64,000 nucleotides of DNA from Methanotrichaceae archaeon (GTDB lineage Archaea > Halobacteriota > Methanosarcinia > Methanotrichales > Methanotrichaceae): the NCBI GenBank assembly GCA_963813075.1, contig CAWEXU010000030.1, positions 128,001-192,000 of the forward strand, read 5' to 3'. The stretch's first letter is position 1. Every line of letters starts with the position of its first letter. Both the position numbers and the translations under genes were made by a program. Under the pieces are notes generated by a model that saw only the letters and a list, made by a program, of their open reading frames with translations, ran no database searches and was not told where the DNA came from. Shown here in pieces: positions 60,376 through 64,000 of this stretch.

Positions 60376-61323
60376 TTGGTTAAGATAGGGTTAGTGCTAA
60401 TTTTTTTACTACTGATCGCCGGCATTTCCGGGGCGGGAAAATATGATATGAATCCGGGAAGGGAAGCGATCAAGTACAAGCATGAGATGACCGACGATGT
60501 CACAGGGCAGGGTTTTGCTGTGGAATACAAAAGCGTAAACACGAATAACCTTTCCCTGCTGGAGTACTACCACGGCAGCGGAAATGTGGACATGGCCGAT
60601 ATACTGAACTCCGAGCAAAAGACAACTGACAGCTCCTGCTATTATTACCTGGATTACGATGGCACAATGAAGAAAGCCTCAAAAGGGGCCAATAGCATTG
60701 TCACCTACACCAGGCAGTATGATAATATCCAGTCACCCACCGCATTTGCCTATGGCACCGGCTGGTATGCCAATCATCCCATTGAGTACAACTCTCTTAT
60801 CAAGGATAAGACCGAGGCCAAGAGCTATCAGGAGTCGGCATCAATGCACCGCCAGGTGGAGTATGCCCATGCTCTGAAAGGGGACATCGCTGTAGAGATC
60901 AACTGCACCGGACCCACAGACAAAGCAGATGGCAAGGGCATTTTAAGCATGAAGATCGATGATGATATGACTCAGGGTACCCTGCACATCGGCGAATTGC
61001 TGTTGAGCCCCAAGGAAAAGAGCCAGCCGAAGACGTTTGACCCCATAATCGAGGTGGACAACGACTACATCGGCGACTTCCAGGTGCAAAAGACGATGAA
61101 ACTGGAGATAACCAAGAGCAAAGAGAGCTCTCAGGTGGACTGGCTCCCCTGCTGCTCAGGCGGATTCTTCGACCTTCCCTCCTATGACTTCGATAAACAG
61201 TACGCTGGCTGGAAGGGAATCTTCGACTGCACCTGCCGGGAGAAATCCATCTCCTCCATGAAGCCGGAGTGGAACACCACTCGCGCTCAGTTCCCGACAG
61301 AAGAGTACCGGTACAAGCCCTGA
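60376..61323 (+). CDS. Secreted protein, distant member of the Cys-rich family
   Basis: Signal peptide; VTGQG, EYYHGSGNV, DYIGDFQVQK, VDWLPCC. Confidence 0.72.
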   Translation: MVKIGLVLIFLLLIAGISGAGKYDMNPGREAIKYKHEMTDDVTGQGFAVEYKSVNTNNLSLLEYYHGSGNVDMADILNSEQKTTDSSCYYYLDYDGTMKKASKGANSIVTYTRQYDNIQSPTAFAYGTGWYANHPIEYNSLIKDKTEAKSYQESASMHRQVEYAHALKGDIAVEINCTGPTDKADGKGILSMKIDDDMTQGTLHIGELLLSPKEKSQPKTFDPIIEVDNDYIGDFQVQKTMKLEITKSKESSQVDWLPCCSGGFFDLPSYDFDKQYAGWKGIFDCTCREKSISSMKPEWNTTRAQFPTEEYRYKP

Positions 61324-61420
61324 TGAAGGATTTATCTTTTTAGTTTAGATGAGGTCGATGTGGGAAAGCTGCCGGAGCGGGACAAGAGCGGCTTGTCGCC
61401 CTCATCTGCCCTCAACCCTG

Positions 61421-62869
61421 CTAGGCCAGCATCTGGGCCCTCTCCCGCGCTTCCTGGGCTTCTGTCGCCCGACCGGCCAGTTCCAGGGCATTGGCTTTGT
61501 TCGTCCAGGCCTCCAGGGAGCTGGGATTGATCTCGATGGCCCGGTCAAAGCTTTCCAGGGCCCCGGCAATGTCCTCGGATCCAAGCACCTGAGCTATCCC
61601 CCGGTTGTTCCAGGGCTCCATGTAGCTGGAGTTCAGCCCGATGGCTCTGTCGTAAGCCTCAATGGCGCTGCTATACAATTCCTGTCTGGCAAAAGCCAAT
61701 CCCAGGTTGTTCCAGCAGACGGCGCATTCAGGATGAAGCTGCACAGTCATGTTCAGAACGGCAGCCTCCTGGCGGTAATCTCCCAGCTTGTTTAAGGCCA
61801 GGGCCTTGTTGTACTGAAATCCGATCTCATCGGGATCGATTTCAATAGCCTTATCAAACCTCTCTAAGGATTCGTTGTACCTTTTCATCTGCACATAGCT
61901 GATCGCCAGGCCGTTCCAGGCCTCAGCGTTCTTTGGCTCCAGCTCAACTGTTCGGTTATAGGCAGCGATGGATTCGTTATATCTGCCGGAAAGGCGTAAA
62001 GTCAGTGCCCTGCCATACCAGGCTTCGGCATCGAAGGGTTCGATCTTGGAGGCCCTATCGAAAGCCTCACTGGATTCTGCCGCCCTCCCCAGGATGAGGA
62101 GGACTTCACCCTTCTTGACCCAGGCATCGGCATTTATCGGATTCAACTGGGTGAGATTATCATAAGCGGCAAAGGCATCGCTGTAGTCTCCCCGGCTATA
62201 CAGAGCCATCCCCAGGTTCAGCCAGGCTTCCTCACTGCTGCTGGCCAGATACACCGCTTTTCGGAAGGAGTCTATGGACTCGTTCCCCCGGTCCAGCTCC
62301 GCCAGGACCAGGCCCCGGTTGAGCCAGACGCCAGATAGATTTCCATCCAGGGAAGCGGCTCTGTCCAGGGCCTGCAGGGATTCATTGAAAGATCCCATAT
62401 TGGCGAGGCTGATACCTTTGCTGAACCAGGATAGGGCAACCTCCGGTTGGATATCGATTGATTCGTCAAAAGCGACAGTTGACTCATTGTACCGGCCCAG
62501 ATTGGCCAGGGCCAGCCCCTTGCTGTACCAGGTAAAGGCCTGCTGGGGATTGAGGCGAATGGATTCGCTATAAGCAAAGAGCGCATCAGAGTGCCTTCCC
62601 AGGCCGGTCAAGGCCTGTCCCTTCTTTATCCAGGCGGAGGCATTGCTGCCATCCAGCTCAAGGGATTTGTTATAGCAGTCCAGGGCGATATCAAAGGAGG
62701 AGTTCATCAGGAACTCATCCCCCTTTTGCAGCCAGTACTCGGCGGTATACTCGTCGCTGCATGAGCCCATATAGCACATGGATTGGGTCAGGGCTATCAG
62801 AATGAAGATGAAAGAGGCTTTGATTGTATAATCCCCCGGCAAATCGGTCCTTTGAGGATATGGATTCAT
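61421..62869 (-). CDS. TPR-repeat protein with an N-terminal hydrophobic segment
   Basis: More than ten 34-aa TPR units (AW..KG.AL..LGRYNES..A.D.A). Confidence 0.9.
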   Translation of the reverse strand: MNPYPQRTDLPGDYTIKASFIFILIALTQSMCYMGSCSDEYTAEYWLQKGDEFLMNSSFDIALDCYNKSLELDGSNASAWIKKGQALTGLGRHSDALFAYSESIRLNPQQAFTWYSKGLALANLGRYNESTVAFDESIDIQPEVALSWFSKGISLANMGSFNESLQALDRAASLDGNLSGVWLNRGLVLAELDRGNESIDSFRKAVYLASSSEEAWLNLGMALYSRGDYSDAFAAYDNLTQLNPINADAWVKKGEVLLILGRAAESSEAFDRASKIEPFDAEAWYGRALTLRLSGRYNESIAAYNRTVELEPKNAEAWNGLAISYVQMKRYNESLERFDKAIEIDPDEIGFQYNKALALNKLGDYRQEAAVLNMTVQLHPECAVCWNNLGLAFARQELYSSAIEAYDRAIGLNSSYMEPWNNRGIAQVLGSEDIAGALESFDRAIEINPSSLEAWTNKANALELAGRATEAQEARERAQMLA

Positions 62870-62893
62870 CCTATATGAGATGTGCAGTTCTGT

Positions 62894-63316
62894 CTAAAGC
62901 TCTCTTCCCAGGGAGGTGGTGGTCAATTTTACATGCTTTACTCCCTTAAGGGCCATCATCCTCTCTGCCGCTCTCCTCACATCAGGACCCTGCCCTCGGA
63001 GAACCACAACCTCCAGGCATATGTCCTGGTCCAGGTGAACATGCAAGCTGGACTGAATTGTGCTGCCGAAATCGTGCTGAATCTCAGTGAGGTTATCCTC
63101 CAGACCTCTTTGAGAGTGGTCGTAAACGATGGTGATCACACCCACCCTCTCCCCTTCCACGTCGCTCATCCATTCGAAATTGACTATATAATTTCTGATG
63201 GCATCCCTGACGCCCTCGGAACGGGAGGAGTAGCCCCTATTCATTATTATCTCATCGAACTTGTTGAGAAGACTCTCTGGCAATGAGATGCCTATCCTCA
63301 TCAGATCCTGTTCCAT
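62894..63316 (-). CDS. nikR: Nickel-responsive regulator NikR
   Basis: RIGISLP...[20 protein letters not shown]...CLEV. Confidence 0.96.
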   Translation of the reverse strand: MEQDLMRIGISLPESLLNKFDEIIMNRGYSSRSEGVRDAIRNYIVNFEWMSDVEGERVGVITIVYDHSQRGLEDNLTEIQHDFGSTIQSSLHVHLDQDICLEVVVLRGQGPDVRRAAERMMALKGVKHVKLTTTSLGREL

Positions 63317-63496
63317 CTTTATCGCAATTGCAAATATGGTATTACATAGTAATAAGCTTATTGGAATAGGCCTTCAAAAGGGAGAATTTAATGACAAGAC
63401 CGGTCTCTGAATATAAGATAATTGCATATTTTTCAGAAGACTCGCAAATTTCATATAATAATTGCCATTATTAGTAGCAAAAAAGGTGGAAAATTT

Positions 63497-64000
63497 ATGA
63501 GACAATCTATGCGCAAGTTGGTATCTGCTCTCATCTTCTCCCTTCTCGTGCTGGGCTCAGCCTGCCTGACGGCAGAGGAGGCGAGCGGAGCGGTTCTGAA
63601 GATTGGCACTCCCAATGTGGTGAAGTCTGCCAGCATCCACGGAGACAGCAACATGGGCGTCTTTTCCCATCTCTCCAATCCGACATTGATGAAGATGGCA
63701 GCCGATGGAAGCATCCAGGGCCTTGCGGCTGAGAGGTGCGAGGTCTCAGAGGACGGCAAGACCTGGAGCTTTATCATCAGAGACGACCTGTACTGGAGCG
63801 ATGGAAATAGGCTCACCCCTGAAGACGTGCAGTTCACATTCAACTACCTCCAAGAGAGATATCCAGCAGCAGGCTGGATGAAGGATATCGTGGAGGATAT
63901 ATCTCTTGAAGGTGAGGACCTGGTTGTCTTCAGGCTGACAAAGCCCTACTCTCGATTGAGCCTGGAGTTCGCCACCTATCCCCTCCTGGCCAAGCACATC
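63497..64000 (+). CDS. ABC substrate-binding protein family 5 (nickel/peptide), 3' end runs off the window
   Basis: Manual translation: signal peptide, GLAAE.C.VSEDGKTWSF.IR...WSDG..LTPEDVQFTF; divergent from nikR. Confidence 0.85.
   Translation, partial: MRQSMRKLVSALIFSLLVLGSACLTAEEASGAVLKIGTPNVVKSASIHGDSNMGVFSHLSNPTLMKMAADGSIQGLAAERCEVSEDGKTWSFIIRDDLYWSDGNRLTPEDVQFTFNYLQERYPAAGWMKDIVEDISLEGEDLVVFRLTKPYSRLSLEFATYPLLAKHI

Overview
Archaeal chromosomal segment, most likely from a Methanothrix/Methanosaeta-type methanogen. This is an inference from TFE, Rps6e, an archaeal CCA enzyme, an A1-U72 tRNA-Gln, NrpR, a Methanosarcinales-type duplicated S-layer protein with PGF-CTERM, and mutS/mutL. 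About 47 kb is housekeeping: purH, mutS/L, PIN-ATPase, amtB-glnK, thiC-like, a tubulin/FtsZ-like gene, nadC/nadX, valS, ribBA, S-layer, cca, ilvD and two tRNAs. The standout feature starts at 48.2 kb. It is a tandem cluster of four closely related secreted, Cys-rich, beta-rich proteins with a near-invariant scaffold and variable Cys loops, plus three more distant family members (one fused to an Ig-like domain, one at 60.4 kb). The close copies have GC hairpins at their 3' ends, and two have long structured 5' leaders. My best interpretation is a multi-subunit extracellular polymer (sheath/amyloid-like) locus. Other observations: single-base frameshifts in amtB and nadX, an internally deleted FAD-reductase remnant, a degenerate N-terminal domain in PurH, and a corrinoid/iron ABC pair near a DUF71-type ATPase. 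I saw no CRISPR array, integrase or transposase. All assignments come from motif recognition by eye; no searches were run.
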